In this document: piece by piece, positions 29,749 through 40,740 of the stretch
Layout of the letters: every line of letters starts with the position of its first letter
Numbering within the stretch: position 1 is the first letter of the stretch
Source: a virus
Lineage: Duplodnaviria; Caudoviricetes
Strand: one strand, 5' to 3'
IMG/VR virus record: IMGVR_UViG_3300043252_000011
Location: 34,429 to 98,428 of that record
Length of the DNA stretch: 64,000 nucleotides
Made by a program: the position numbers and the translations under genes
Notes under the pieces: model-generated
The model's database searches: none
Seen by the model: the letters and a program-made list of their open reading frames with translations, nothing else
What the model was told of the DNA's origin: nothing

Positions 29749-32700
29749 TTATTGGGCCTGTAATTGGAGTGTCCTGGCGTCCTCAAGCCGCTGGCGCTGC
29801 TCCGGCGTGGCATAGACGTAGAAATCCTTGAGTGTCCGGCCGCCAAGGCGGGTAGCCGGGTTGAGCGTGGTGCGCACGTAGAAATCCTGTAGCCCGCGGG
29901 GAATGCCCAGCGATTGCATCGCAGCGCGGGCGCCCATGACATCGCCACGTTGGATTTGCTTGCGGATGTCCGGCATGGCCGAATAGACGGCAAAATCGTG
30001 CTTCTCGCGGGCGGCGTAGAGCTCGCCGACAGCCGGGCCGCCCGGCGCGCCCTTGGAGAATGTCACACCGGCGATCGGCCCGAACGCCTGTAGAGCCGAA
30101 ATCTTTGCATCGTTCTGGCCGGTCACGAGATCGGATAGCGCGCTCATCTGGCCTTCCGGGATTTGCGATTCGGCTAGGTGGGCGGCGATCAGGCCAATGT
30201 TCTTAAGATACTTCGCCGGCGTGTCAGCGTTCGGGTCATAGACCTTGCGGCCGAAGCCTTGGTCGTTGGCCATGATTTGCCACGCCGGTCGAACGACCGT
30301 GCCGAGCTTCTTGCGGATCATGTCGAGCGGGCCGGTCAGATAGCCGGAGAATTCCTCGCCGATCTTGCCGGTCGGCAGCCGCGCATAGATCGCCGTGCCA
30401 TCCTTGGCCGTTCCGATCTTGATGCGATTTTCCTTGCCCGGTTCGTTCGGCGCCGTCGACGACAGCGATTGCAGCAAATCGAACGGCTGCAATAGCGCCA
30501 TCGGATGCTCACGCGCATTCTTGAGCATGTCGACGAAGCGATTGGCGTAACCGTGCATTTCATCGTCGAGAGAGTTGTCGCCGGCCAGTACGTTCATGCC
30601 GCTTTGCAACATCGAATTGCCGACATACATCATGCCGATGTCGGTCAGGATCACGGCAATGGCGCGGCGCTTGGCGATGCTCTTGATATAGCCTGCCGTG
30701 TTCGGCTCCATGTTGCCGACATCGCGGCTGATCTGCGCCAGAACATCGCGCGGCAGTCCGGTCAGCGCATCTTTCATGGCACCGATATTGCCCAGCGTGA
30801 ATGAGCGCGAGAAGAACAGGAAATTGGCGATCTTGCGCGCGTTGTCCGACATAGCCTCTTGCGGCAGTGCGCCGGCATAGCGATTGGCCCAATGCGCTGC
30901 GGCGCGAGCGGCGGTCTGATTGTCGACGCCCTTGGCGGTGAGCTCGTCCTTGAAATTGGTATAAAGACCCATCTGCAAATCGCCGATGCGGTCCCAGAGC
31001 AGCGTATTGTGCCAGAAGTCGCCGGCCTTATCGACCGCCGCCTTGACGGACGCTTCCGCATCCTTGTCGAACAGGCCCGGCACGAAGCCGAGAACCTTGG
31101 CCGTCCAGGATCGGCCCGGTTGCAGGTTTGGTTCCTCCATGATCGAGGAAATATCCTGATTGAAGAACCGATGACCGATCGGCACGAGGCCGCTGTCGAT
31201 GGCTTCGCGCATAACCGACAGATTATTCTTGGCGCGATTGCCATCAAAATAGACCTTGAATGTCGCCACCTTGCCCGGCATCGCCGGCATGGCACGGCCC
31301 CATTCCACCGCATTGTGGATCAAAGGCGAGTTCATGATGAGGCTCATGGTCTTGCCCTTGATGTCCATCGCGCCGCGGTAAAGCGCGCCCGCGCGTTGGT
31401 TGAGGACGGCGCGCAACGGCCCCTCGAAATCGCCGCGGACATAGATCGGTACTTGCTGGAATATCGTATTGCCGTCCGCGTCTTTGACCGCCGTGGTTTT
31501 GCCGTCGACCGTCTCGAATTTCGGCCGCCAAGTGCGGAACGCCGGATGATCGATGGTGAACCATTCTTTGTCTGGCTTAAAACCTTCGGCCACGGTTTCA
31601 TCGCGGGTACGCTTGCCAGCCTCCTTGATACTGTTGATGAGCGTGCGACCGGCGATGGCGTCCTCGAGCTTTGCTGTAGCCAGCGGCAGCGTGCGGATGT
31701 CGCGCGCAATCGTCGCTTCTTGGCCGAGCGATGCCTTAGCCGCCGTTTCGGTTTCCTCGGCAGTGAGATACTTGCGCCGCTTCATCGCACCGGTCGTGAC
31801 GCGCAGATTGGTGCCGAACGAATTGAGCGCCAGCGAGCCTTTACCCTCGGTCTCGCGCACGGCATTGATGACCATGCGCGGCGTATAGGCCGGCAAGCCT
31901 TCACCCTCCACCATGCCGAGATCGCGTGCGCGCAGCCACGCCGTCTGCGCGCGGTTCTGCAAACTCTCGACCGCCTGTCGCTCGGCCGGCTCCAATGTCA
32001 CCAAGCCCTGATTTTCAAGCGCGAGCTGCATCTGCTCGGGCTTCTCGGCAAATTCCTGCCGCACTACGCTTTCCTCGTCGGCCGCCTCCCACATGCGCTG
32101 GCGCTGTTCGGGATTGAACCGTTTGGCAATGTCGTCGTCGATCCGCGACCATTCCCAGCGATTGCGCCGCATCGAATTGGCAAAATCCTTGGCGATGGCC
32201 ATGCTGTCCTGCGTGCCGGTCGCCATCGGCGTTAGCAACATTTGCGTGTCGCGGCCGATGTCATAGAGCTTGTCGAGCGCGGCCTGCGCCGACGTGGCGA
32301 GACTGCCGGCTGGTGGTGCCGGCTGTACGGCAAGCGGCGGCATGTCTTTGGTTACTTCGGCGCCGACCGCGCGCAACGGCTGGCCATTCTCATCCGCCGG
32401 CGAGGTCAAATCCTGCTTGAGAAACGCATCGGATTGCGCGTCGGCTGCAGCTTCCGCCGGATGAATGCCGCGATCCTGCCAGAGCTGGCGCAGATTGGAT
32501 TCGGCCACGGCCGGCGCGGTCGGCGCGACGGTCTGGGCCGCTACTTTGAAATCTGCATCGGCCGGCAGCGTGCCGACTTTCTGTGGTACTGCTTCGCCAG
32601 TTCGACTTAATTTCGCGCGGCTGAATTGGCCCATGCCGCCTTGGATAGACATGAAATTGCCGAAGTTGATGGCCTCGTTCTTGGCCTTTTCCTCATCGCC

Positions 32701-33135
32701 GCCGAGCTCGTTGATGAGCGCGCCGAAACCGCCGGATGCACCATAGAGAACCGAGTTGACGCCGCGCATGGTCATGTCGATGGCGGCCGATGCCGGCGGG
32801 ATCACGCCTTCGGCAAATATCCGCATCCGCGGCGGCAGGATGTTGTGGAATACGCCATGTTCCATGAGTTGCGTAATGTCGGGATTGGAAATGCCGAGTT
32901 GGCCTTCGCCGAATCCCTCCTTGGCGCTGTCCTTGGCCGCATTGAAGATATGCGACAGCGCGGCGCCGGAAGCCACGCGCGAGAGAAACGATTGCGGCAC
33001 GTCCTGCCGGTCGGCAACCGGCTCGAACGATGACCACGGATCGGCAGCGGGCGCCGGAGACGCGGCAGTAGGACCGGCCGGTTGCGGGCTGAACGCACTC
33101 CACTGATCTACTGGCTGATCGGCAGGTTCGGCCAT
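29749..33135 (-). CDS. Large internal virion (ejection) protein
   Basis: 1128 aa, D-W-S-F N-terminal motifs, podovirus gene position. Confidence 0.7.
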   Translation of the reverse strand: MAEPADQPVDQWSAFSPQPAGPTAASPAPAADPWSSFEPVADRQDVPQSFLSRVASGAALSHIFNAAKDSAKEGFGEGQLGISNPDITQLMEHGVFHNILPPRMRIFAEGVIPPASAAIDMTMRGVNSVLYGASGGFGALINELGGDEEKAKNEAINFGNFMSIQGGMGQFSRAKLSRTGEAVPQKVGTLPADADFKVAAQTVAPTAPAVAESNLRQLWQDRGIHPAEAAADAQSDAFLKQDLTSPADENGQPLRAVGAEVTKDMPPLAVQPAPPAGSLATSAQAALDKLYDIGRDTQMLLTPMATGTQDSMAIAKDFANSMRRNRWEWSRIDDDIAKRFNPEQRQRMWEAADEESVVRQEFAEKPEQMQLALENQGLVTLEPAERQAVESLQNRAQTAWLRARDLGMVEGEGLPAYTPRMVINAVRETEGKGSLALNSFGTNLRVTTGAMKRRKYLTAEETETAAKASLGQEATIARDIRTLPLATAKLEDAIAGRTLINSIKEAGKRTRDETVAEGFKPDKEWFTIDHPAFRTWRPKFETVDGKTTAVKDADGNTIFQQVPIYVRGDFEGPLRAVLNQRAGALYRGAMDIKGKTMSLIMNSPLIHNAVEWGRAMPAMPGKVATFKVYFDGNRAKNNLSVMREAIDSGLVPIGHRFFNQDISSIMEEPNLQPGRSWTAKVLGFVPGLFDKDAEASVKAAVDKAGDFWHNTLLWDRIGDLQMGLYTNFKDELTAKGVDNQTAARAAAHWANRYAGALPQEAMSDNARKIANFLFFSRSFTLGNIGAMKDALTGLPRDVLAQISRDVGNMEPNTAGYIKSIAKRRAIAVILTDIGMMYVGNSMLQSGMNVLAGDNSLDDEMHGYANRFVDMLKNAREHPMALLQPFDLLQSLSSTAPNEPGKENRIKIGTAKDGTAIYARLPTGKIGEEFSGYLTGPLDMIRKKLGTVVRPAWQIMANDQGFGRKVYDPNADTPAKYLKNIGLIAAHLAESQIPEGQMSALSDLVTGQNDAKISALQAFGPIAGVTFSKGAPGGPAVGELYAAREKHDFAVYSAMPDIRKQIQRGDVMGARAAMQSLGIPRGLQDFYVRTTLNPATRLGGRTLKDFYVYATPEQRQRLEDARTLQLQAQ

Positions 33136-35288
33136 GGCACCGTTCCAATGCGGCCATCCGGCAACCGGATGCGTGTGCCGGGTTGATAAGCTTTCATGGC
33201 CTGGTCCGGCGTCATGTCGGCCGGGATTTGCACGTATCCCGCCGCCGTTCCCGGCACCGCCGTATCGTGTAATTTATCTCGCAGCGATTTGTTGTACTTG
33301 GCCATATTATCCGGTTTGCCAAAAAACATCGGCGAGCGCGGATCGTAAATCTCGCTGGGGTCTTTGCCGGCAGCGCGCAGCGCATCCTCTTGCCGCATCG
33401 CATCTTTTTCGGCGAGATAGAATTGCATTTGGCCGGTTGCCGATGGCACGCCGGTCAATTCGATGCTCGGATCGATGGACGTGGCGTAGCGCTTGAAAAA
33501 CTCGCGGCGATTGTCGAGCAGCGTCTCGCCTTTCGGTGTCATCGTCTCGGTCAGTGTCTTTTCCAGGAATTGCTCGTCGACCCGGCGCAGTTTTGGTTGT
33601 GAGCCATCCGAAGGCGCGTAGGCATCGCGGATCGGTCCCATGTCGCTGATCTTGCGCGGGTCGCCTTCCGGCAGATGAATGCGATGAAACAGATCGGCGG
33701 TCGCTGCATCCGACACATGCGCGGCCGGCTCGTCAGCACCTTCGCGATTGAGCCACGCCAGCATTCGCATCTTGGATTCCGGCGAGATATTCGGATTGGT
33801 CTTTATATCGTAATCGGTGATGGTCGGCTGTCCGCTGGCGCTGTCCTTGATGACCGCGTTTTCGAATGTGTTGTCCGTCGCCTTCTGTTGCTGGGTCGCG
33901 ATATTGGTCGCGCGAGTTTGCGCTTCCTGATAATCCTTGATCGCTTTCACGCCGGCGTCGTAATTCATGATCCGCTGGCGCGGCGGCACCGATTGATCGT
34001 CACGCATTCTCTGCGCCACGGCCAAGGCTTGCGAGAGATTCTGACCGGGTGTCGGAGCGCCGAGATTTTGGATTTCAGCAACCGACGGCATGTTACCGCT
34101 GGCCCAATCCTGGATTGAGCGGCCGGTGATCGACTTCACATAATTACGGGTTTCGGCCGGTAGAGCGTTGGGATTGCCACCGGACGCCATCCATGCCGCG
34201 ACATGGCCTTCGCCCCAATTGTACGCCGCTAGCGCCAGCCCGGTATTGCCGCCGAACTTCTGTTCCAGATCGGCCATGTAATGTGCAGCACCTTCGATGG
34301 ACGATGCCGGATCGCGCGGATTGACGCCGTAGCGCGCGGCTGTCTCGGGCATGAATTGCGCAATGCCGGTTGCACCTTTCGGGCTTTCCGCCGCTGGATT
34401 GAACCCGGATTCCTGATTGAGCTGGCGCGCGAATAGGATCGGATTGAGCTTGTATTTCTGCGCTGCCGCGTCCGTCATGCCTTGGTATGGCGATTGGCCT
34501 TTGAGAACCTGATTGACCTGATAGGTCGCACCGGCGGCGCTAATCTTCTCGTTCAATTCGCGCGTTTTCAGATCGGCGACTTCCGGTGCTTCCGCAAGCA
34601 CCGGATTATTCACCCGTTCGTACATCAGTTGATGGATTTCAGCGGCGAGTGCCTTGGCCTGTGCCGTCCCCGCGCCACCGGTCGAGATCAGATCGGTCAA
34701 ATCCTGCGTCTTGGATTCGATGGCCGCCTGCGTGCCTTTGTCGAAACTTTCCCTGATCCGCGTCTGTTGTTCGTTGAGCAGCGCGCGATAAGTGAACGTG
34801 GTCGAGGAATCGATGGCGCGGCCGACTGCATTGGCAACTTCCGGCCCGGCAACATCGTTGTAATTCTGGACCGTTTTCTCCTTGTAGGCGTTTGCGGCCT
34901 GCTGATAACCGTTCGGGTCGTTCTGAAATTTCTGTCGCAGCGCAATATCGTCACGCTTGACTTGGCCCTCGCCTTCGGCAAGCGCCGAGACTTTTGCCGC
35001 TCGCGCGAACGCCACGCCCGCCTGCCCTACAAACGGCTCGTATTGCATCTGCAGACTGCCGTCCGGTCCTCGTGTGACGGCTTGCGCGCCGGCGCGTTCG
35101 GCCAACGGGACGGCAACCTGTTCCAAGCCCTCGCCAATCTTGTCAAGACCCCGGCCCAATTCCTGATATGGCTGCGCGACCTCGCCCGCGCTGATCCGCG
35201 AAACCGGCGCCTCGCTGGTCTCGACGGGCGCCACGCCAGGCTCGATCCCGGTCTGCGTCTGCTTAAGGAATGGCAGGACTTCGGCCAT
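33108..35288 (-). CDS. Internal virion protein with lytic transglycosylase (SLT) domain
   Basis: QESGFNP..SPKGATGIAQFMPETA..ALAAYNWG..ETRNYV. Confidence 0.85.
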   Translation of the reverse strand: MAEVLPFLKQTQTGIEPGVAPVETSEAPVSRISAGEVAQPYQELGRGLDKIGEGLEQVAVPLAERAGAQAVTRGPDGSLQMQYEPFVGQAGVAFARAAKVSALAEGEGQVKRDDIALRQKFQNDPNGYQQAANAYKEKTVQNYNDVAGPEVANAVGRAIDSSTTFTYRALLNEQQTRIRESFDKGTQAAIESKTQDLTDLISTGGAGTAQAKALAAEIHQLMYERVNNPVLAEAPEVADLKTRELNEKISAAGATYQVNQVLKGQSPYQGMTDAAAQKYKLNPILFARQLNQESGFNPAAESPKGATGIAQFMPETAARYGVNPRDPASSIEGAAHYMADLEQKFGGNTGLALAAYNWGEGHVAAWMASGGNPNALPAETRNYVKSITGRSIQDWASGNMPSVAEIQNLGAPTPGQNLSQALAVAQRMRDDQSVPPRQRIMNYDAGVKAIKDYQEAQTRATNIATQQQKATDNTFENAVIKDSASGQPTITDYDIKTNPNISPESKMRMLAWLNREGADEPAAHVSDAATADLFHRIHLPEGDPRKISDMGPIRDAYAPSDGSQPKLRRVDEQFLEKTLTETMTPKGETLLDNRREFFKRYATSIDPSIELTGVPSATGQMQFYLAEKDAMRQEDALRAAGKDPSEIYDPRSPMFFGKPDNMAKYNKSLRDKLHDTAVPGTAAGYVQIPADMTPDQAMKAYQPGTRIRLPDGRIGTVPWPNLPISQ

Positions 35289-35788
35289 CAGGCAGCCACC
35301 TGACCGCTCTTGCCGACCGCGCCAATACCTTGCAGGCCCGGCAATCCGGCAATTGCGCCGCCGCCGGCGCCAATCACATCTCCGGCGATGGACAGATCGC
35401 CGGACAGCAACGCGCGGCTAGCCGATGAGCGCATGTAAGCCGCGTCGGCCTCGTCCTGCGCCGCCTGATCCATGATCGACGAGACTTTCGTGGTTTTTTG
35501 CTCGGTGCCCGTATATTCGGCATAATCGCGCACCGCCGCGCCGGTGGGCGAGGTCGGGTCGGATCGTGCAGCCGCGCGAACCGCATCGATGTTGCCGAGT
35601 GTGATCGACAGATTGCGCGTCATCTGCGCATTGGTCTGCGTGGCTTTCAGGTCGCCGTATTGCGCAGCGCGGTCCAATTCCTCGGCTTTGAACTTGTCGG
35701 CCGCCGCCGTGCCGCGCGACGATTCATAGTCGTTGGCGGCCTTGAGACCGACCGCGGCGATCGACAGAGCTGGTCCGGCGGCTTGCAT
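35288..35788 (-). CDS. Small internal virion protein
   Basis: Ala-rich 166 aa after tail tube B. Confidence 0.6.
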   Translation of the reverse strand: MQAAGPALSIAAVGLKAANDYESSRGTAAADKFKAEELDRAAQYGDLKATQTNAQMTRNLSITLGNIDAVRAAARSDPTSPTGAAVRDYAEYTGTEQKTTKVSSIMDQAAQDEADAAYMRSSASRALLSGDLSIAGDVIGAGGGAIAGLPGLQGIGAVGKSGQVAA

Positions 35789-38343
35789 TATATGGTCGCC
35801 TCAAGGCCGATCTCGTGTACGATGACAGAACCCGGCGTGTCTTTGATTATAGCCATTCTTGGGTCGTATGCACGGCCTAAAGGCCGCCATCGCTGTGCTT
35901 CCTCGCGCAATGGCGGCGGCTGGGTCGGATCGTCACCCTGATTCCAGGTATCGACACGGCGGAAGTTCATCACCGTGCCGAGCGCGGGCGAGGTCGGCGT
36001 GAGCGGGCCGGAGAACAGCCGCGCCATCTGAAAGCCGGTCGAGTTGGACACATAGATCGCCATGCGCGACACGCGCCGTTTTAACATGCGTTGATGCACA
36101 CTTTGTCCCGGCTGGGCATCGGCCACGAACGGTTCAAGCGTCGCATTCCAAGGCTGCCCGGCGACAAGCTGGGTCGAAGCCAGATTTTCGCCGTCGATAT
36201 TCTGCGGAATGATGTTGCCGTTGGCATCGGCCGTGTACGTGCCCATAAACCGCGTGCCGAGATCGATCAGGGTGAATGTGCTATTCGGCCCCGGAAACAC
36301 GTATAGCGGTCCTTTGCCGCCCGGCGGGGTGAACGGTGCCGGCAGATTGTTGACCGATATGGCACCGTCAAGATACTGCGTGGCGTCGAGCCGCTCGACC
36401 ACCGTAACGGGCGTAACGCCGTTCGGCGCGTAGCTGGTCGTGAACACCACGTCGCCGCCCTGCGCCGACACCCATTGATCGGTTTTGGTCGGCCCGTGCC
36501 CGAGCCACGGCAGCCAGCCGATCTTGGGCTTGCCTTCCGGCCCCACCTCGAGCAGCCCTTGGCGAACGGCGTAGCGGCCGACGATACAATCGCCGCTGGC
36601 GAGCAGGATGAAGGCGTACAATTCCTCGAACTGGCTTGGCGCGCTTTGAATGGCGATGGCGATGGCCGGCGACGCCGTGAACAGATGCGAGTGATACTCC
36701 GACACGTTGTCGACGATGTGCGGCCGATAATAGGCGCCCGGTGTCTGCACCGCGGCGACCTGTGTGCCACCGGCTTTCATGTAAAGGATCGACTGCCCGG
36801 CCGGCTGCGGTCGCACGTTCGGCATACAACCTTCGCTACTGAGCAGATTGAACTGCACCGAGCCCGGCACAAGCGGGTTGGCAACCGTGATCGGAATGTA
36901 GAAGATTCCCTTGTTGGCAAAGACGAATTCCGACGATTCCATACCGGGAACGACAAACAGGATTTGCACCTTTGTCGGCGCGAGCTCGAAGATCGCATTA
37001 TCCGGCAATGCCGCCACATAGAAATCGAGCGGCAGCCCGCTAGCCGACCATGCCACGCCGGACGGCACGGACGGAATATTGCACAGTCCAAGCCGGCCTT
37101 GGTCGTAGAACACGGAGGTCGGATAGCCGCGAAACAAGTTCATCACTTCATCGTCCCAGATCGCGACCGGCTGTGGCGCGATGGTGGATACGCCGCTTAT
37201 GGTTGCCGTACCGCCCGGCCCGGCAATCGTCTCGGCGCCGAACGTCAAGGCAATTCCGGCACTCGATTGCAATATCTGCACTTCGAGGCCGGCCGCGGTG
37301 ACGCTGTTGGCCGTGCCGGTCGCGCCCGACGTGTTGTCCGTAATGACCTCGCCGGCCTGGAATGCCGTGCTGGTATCGAGACTGACCACGATGGTCGGCA
37401 GCAATCCGCCGCCGGAAAACCCGACCACAATGCCGGTCGCGCCCGACGTGCCGCCAGTGACGGCATCGCCCAAACTGAATGTGCCGGTCACAGACGTAAG
37501 CGGGATGGTTTGCTGGCCGACCGTGCTGGTCACAATGCCGGTCGCGCCGGTCGAGGCACCGATAATCTCATCGCCGACATTAAAAGCACCGATGGTGCCG
37601 GACAGCGCCAACGACTGCCCTGGCGGCAGCGATTCGATGACGGTCGCCGTTGCACTGTGGCCGTTGGCAACGGCGGTGATGAGCAATTGCCGGCCGCAGA
37701 ACCGCATCCGCGTCCCAACCATGCCGGCGACAAACACGTTGGCCGACAAAGTGAGCGTCACGCTGCCGACCGTTGCGCTCGGCTGCATGGTGATGTTCTG
37801 CGGCGATATGCGGTAGAACAGCGTGCGCTTCTGACCGCCGGTCGTGATTGTCTCGGCGTAAGTGGTCAGCGTCCATGTGCTTGTCTGCGAAACGCCGTCC
37901 CAGGTCAGGACTTGCGGCACGTTGAGCGGAGCGCCGTCGCCGTAGAAAATGTAGATCGCGAGTTGCGAGCCGGCCGCCACGACAAAACTCACATTCTTTG
38001 CGGTCGCCGAGGTCCATGGAATATTGGTCGCGCCGTCGCCCTTTTTGGTCGAATTGAAAACCTGCGTTCCTGCGGCATTACGAATGCGCAGATAGCCGTT
38101 GCCGAATATCAAGTAAAAAACATTACCCGGCGACATCAACACTTCTTCGCAGCGGCCGGTCTCGGGAAACAGCACCGTACGGCCGGGACGATTGGTTGCC
38201 GCGCCGGAACTGAGAATGCGCCAGTTGGAAGCCTGCCGCGTACCGATTTTCATGAGCGGGTTTTCGTCGGCCCGCTTCATGGATTCGTCTAGCTCGCCGC
38301 CGGAAAAGTCGCGCTGGGCGCCAAGAATTTTAGGAACTGCCAT
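35788..38343 (-). CDS. Tail tubular protein B / nozzle
   Basis: QRDFSGGEL N-terminus, GYPTSVFYDQGRL, 851 aa. Confidence 0.8.
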   Translation of the reverse strand: MAVPKILGAQRDFSGGELDESMKRADENPLMKIGTRQASNWRILSSGAATNRPGRTVLFPETGRCEEVLMSPGNVFYLIFGNGYLRIRNAAGTQVFNSTKKGDGATNIPWTSATAKNVSFVVAAGSQLAIYIFYGDGAPLNVPQVLTWDGVSQTSTWTLTTYAETITTGGQKRTLFYRISPQNITMQPSATVGSVTLTLSANVFVAGMVGTRMRFCGRQLLITAVANGHSATATVIESLPPGQSLALSGTIGAFNVGDEIIGASTGATGIVTSTVGQQTIPLTSVTGTFSLGDAVTGGTSGATGIVVGFSGGGLLPTIVVSLDTSTAFQAGEVITDNTSGATGTANSVTAAGLEVQILQSSAGIALTFGAETIAGPGGTATISGVSTIAPQPVAIWDDEVMNLFRGYPTSVFYDQGRLGLCNIPSVPSGVAWSASGLPLDFYVAALPDNAIFELAPTKVQILFVVPGMESSEFVFANKGIFYIPITVANPLVPGSVQFNLLSSEGCMPNVRPQPAGQSILYMKAGGTQVAAVQTPGAYYRPHIVDNVSEYHSHLFTASPAIAIAIQSAPSQFEELYAFILLASGDCIVGRYAVRQGLLEVGPEGKPKIGWLPWLGHGPTKTDQWVSAQGGDVVFTTSYAPNGVTPVTVVERLDATQYLDGAISVNNLPAPFTPPGGKGPLYVFPGPNSTFTLIDLGTRFMGTYTADANGNIIPQNIDGENLASTQLVAGQPWNATLEPFVADAQPGQSVHQRMLKRRVSRMAIYVSNSTGFQMARLFSGPLTPTSPALGTVMNFRRVDTWNQGDDPTQPPPLREEAQRWRPLGRAYDPRMAIIKDTPGSVIVHEIGLEATI

Positions 38344-38479
38344 AAGTTACGCTCCTGTGCGCAGCTCATAAATTCTTGCCACGGCCCGAGCCACCCCAGC
38401 ATCGCCAGAACGACCCAATACGCTGTTCAGTCCAATTCTGGGTCAATGCGTTCCAATTCTGCGTTGGTAATATATTTTC

Positions 38480-39220
38480 TCATCCGGGCGGCCCGCCGTT
38501 GCCATTCCAGCCGCCAATGCCGATCGGCGGCCACGGCCGGCGGATACGCCGCGACGCGCCCATGCGCGAATTCCAGAATTGCCGTTTGGGCTTTTGCTGA
38601 TCGTATCGCGTGCGCGCCATTTGCAGCATGTGCTCGCCAGCCATCCACATTTTGTCGCCTTCGGCCGTATCCTCGTGCAGCCCGCGGTAAATGCCGGCCA
38701 TGACGAATGATTGCAGCGCCAGGATCAGCGTCGGCGTGCCATTGGTGGAATCGGTCAGCGGCCCGGAGTTGGACAGGTATTTGAGCGTGATCGTGGCCGG
38801 CGTGACGGTACCGGCCGGAGGCGGCGGCGGCCCACCTTGCGCATTGCAGACGATGATCGGGCCGTTCGGCGTGCCCATGATGTCGTAGAGCGTCAACTGC
38901 GATTGCGTCTGGGTGACCGGATCGGACGTGTCCTGATTGATCTTGAGCCAGATAATATGCACACAATCGGCCGGGATCGGATAGGCGGTGTCCCAATCGG
39001 TGTCCTGCGGCGGCGTCGGCGATGGCTGTAGCGTTATGACCTGCGTGGCATAGCCCCAGCCGTGGCTTTCCATCGCGTAGCCGAGGCCGCGGTCATAGGC
39101 TGGCGAGCAGACGTTCCATTCGTCCGATCCGTCATCCGCGACATTAACGACGTTGTCCCCGGTAGAAACCAGGGCGCTATTGATGACGGTAAGTTTATCA
39201 ATCGGCCAAGGAAAGCTCAT
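38480..39220 (-). CDS. Tail tubular protein A / adaptor
   Basis: INSAL..G...WGYAT..AYPIPADC. Confidence 0.75.
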   Translation of the reverse strand: MSFPWPIDKLTVINSALVSTGDNVVNVADDGSDEWNVCSPAYDRGLGYAMESHGWGYATQVITLQPSPTPPQDTDWDTAYPIPADCVHIIWLKINQDTSDPVTQTQSQLTLYDIMGTPNGPIIVCNAQGGPPPPPAGTVTPATITLKYLSNSGPLTDSTNGTPTLILALQSFVMAGIYRGLHEDTAEGDKMWMAGEHMLQMARTRYDQQKPKRQFWNSRMGASRRIRRPWPPIGIGGWNGNGGPPG

Positions 39221-39265
39221 GTTGCACCGTGTTGCGGCCTATGCCTTGGCGCAACGCACGCCCGC

Positions 39266-40210
39266 TCAGAAATTCCATCCATTCGTCGCGCTGCGCATAT
39301 TGGCGAGCATGGCTTGATAGGATGAGTTGAGATCGGCGGCCCAGAGTCCAGATTCGCAAACAAATCCAGCCAGGACCGCAGCCGTTCCAACACCCATGAA
39401 GAAGATATTCGAGCTAAGCGCAGTCGTGCCATTCGATAACGTTGAGGTGTTCGCGCTGCTATCGACCGCAAAGAGCGGTGCCGTACCGCTCGCTACATCC
39501 AAGAGCGCGTGAAAGGTGTTGTCGTTTGCCGTCAGCGCCGCGGATGTTCCGTTATTCACATTGATAGTATTCGCGGAAACAGACCAATTCATCCCGCCTG
39601 CACCAGCCGTCCCGTTGCGCATAATCCGTTGCAGGGTCGTAAAGCTGCCTGTGCGCTCGACGACGGAAATCAGCGAATAGGGCGCAGCCTGCGAAATCGT
39701 CCCTGCGCTTTCAAGATTCATCGCGGCGGTATTTGTTCCGGCCGCGCACGGCAATCCGTTTTGCGCATTGAACGTCAGCGCCGGCATGTTGGCGAGCGTC
39801 GCCTGGACGACATGATTGCCGTTGCCGGTTTGGTCGTAGAGTTTGGTGATGCTGCATCCGGCGTGCGTCACCGTGCAGAACGTCATTACGCTGACGGTCG
39901 GTGCCCCGGTCGGGCAAACGACGGCTGTTAGATTGGCAAAGCCGTTCGTACCGACGTTGAGTGTGCAAGTTGCCAGTCCTGTCGTGGTGTCCACAAGATC
40001 GGCGAGAGGACTTTGCGCTGCGGCATAAGCGGCATTGTATGCGCGCCCGGCGCTGTAGAATGCAATGGCACCGCTGGCAATGTCGCCGGGGCCTTGGTAG
40101 CCGGCAGCCGCGCCGGCATCGCCGCCGCTGACGCCCATGAGCGTAAGATTATCCGCCGCGGCAAAGGTCGAAAAGGCCGCGAAGATGAGTGCGATCAGGC
40201 TGCGTCTCAC
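39266..40210 (-). CDS. Lectin/ConA-like accessory virion protein with signal-peptide-like N-terminus
   Basis: ITKLYDQTGNGNHVVQAT motif. Confidence 0.55.
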   Translation of the reverse strand: MRRSLIALIFAAFSTFAAADNLTLMGVSGGDAGAAAGYQGPGDIASGAIAFYSAGRAYNAAYAAAQSPLADLVDTTTGLATCTLNVGTNGFANLTAVVCPTGAPTVSVMTFCTVTHAGCSITKLYDQTGNGNHVVQATLANMPALTFNAQNGLPCAAGTNTAAMNLESAGTISQAAPYSLISVVERTGSFTTLQRIMRNGTAGAGGMNWSVSANTINVNNGTSAALTANDNTFHALLDVASGTAPLFAVDSSANTSTLSNGTTALSSNIFFMGVGTAAVLAGFVCESGLWAADLNSSYQAMLANMRSATNGWNF

Positions 40211-40731
40211 GGCGCCACGTAGCCCTGCGCGTTGCAATAGATCGTCGAGATCGAACCGCTTGCCGTGAAGGTCAACGCCGTCTGTGCGGCAACGAGCAGC
40301 GGACTAGTGAATACCATATTGTTGCCGCCACCGCCGCCGCTGTTGGCGAGACCAATGACGGTCGAGGCCGCGTCGTTCAGAGTGACATAAACGGCCGATG
40401 TGCCAGCATCGGTGCGAAAACATTGCGTGCCGGTGACATAAAGCCGACCCGTATTGGGCGCCTTGATGATCGTGGTGGCGCCGGTGCCGGTTGCGCTGCC
40501 GCTGCCGCTGACAACATTGCCGTTCGGATTCGGCGGGGTATTCACAGTAACGGGTATCGACAGTGCGCTGGGCGAGCCGCACGGCACATAGGCCCCGACA
40601 TTGCTGGGGCACATGATGACCACGCCGGACGTGGAAACGCCCGGCCATTGCGTCGGGAATCTGGGATCGGCACGCGCCGATCCCGCCGCCAGAGCGGCTA
40701 CCGCAGCAACGGCGAGACATACCCAGCGCAT
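40207..40731 (-). CDS. Accessory virion protein with signal-peptide-like N-terminus
   Basis: MRWVCLAVAAVAALAAGSARA. Confidence 0.55.
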   Translation of the reverse strand: MRWVCLAVAAVAALAAGSARADPRFPTQWPGVSTSGVVIMCPSNVGAYVPCGSPSALSIPVTVNTPPNPNGNVVSGSGSATGTGATTIIKAPNTGRLYVTGTQCFRTDAGTSAVYVTLNDAASTVIGLANSGGGGGNNMVFTSPLLVAAQTALTFTASGSISTIYCNAQGYVAP

Positions 40732-40740
40732 GAGCGGCCT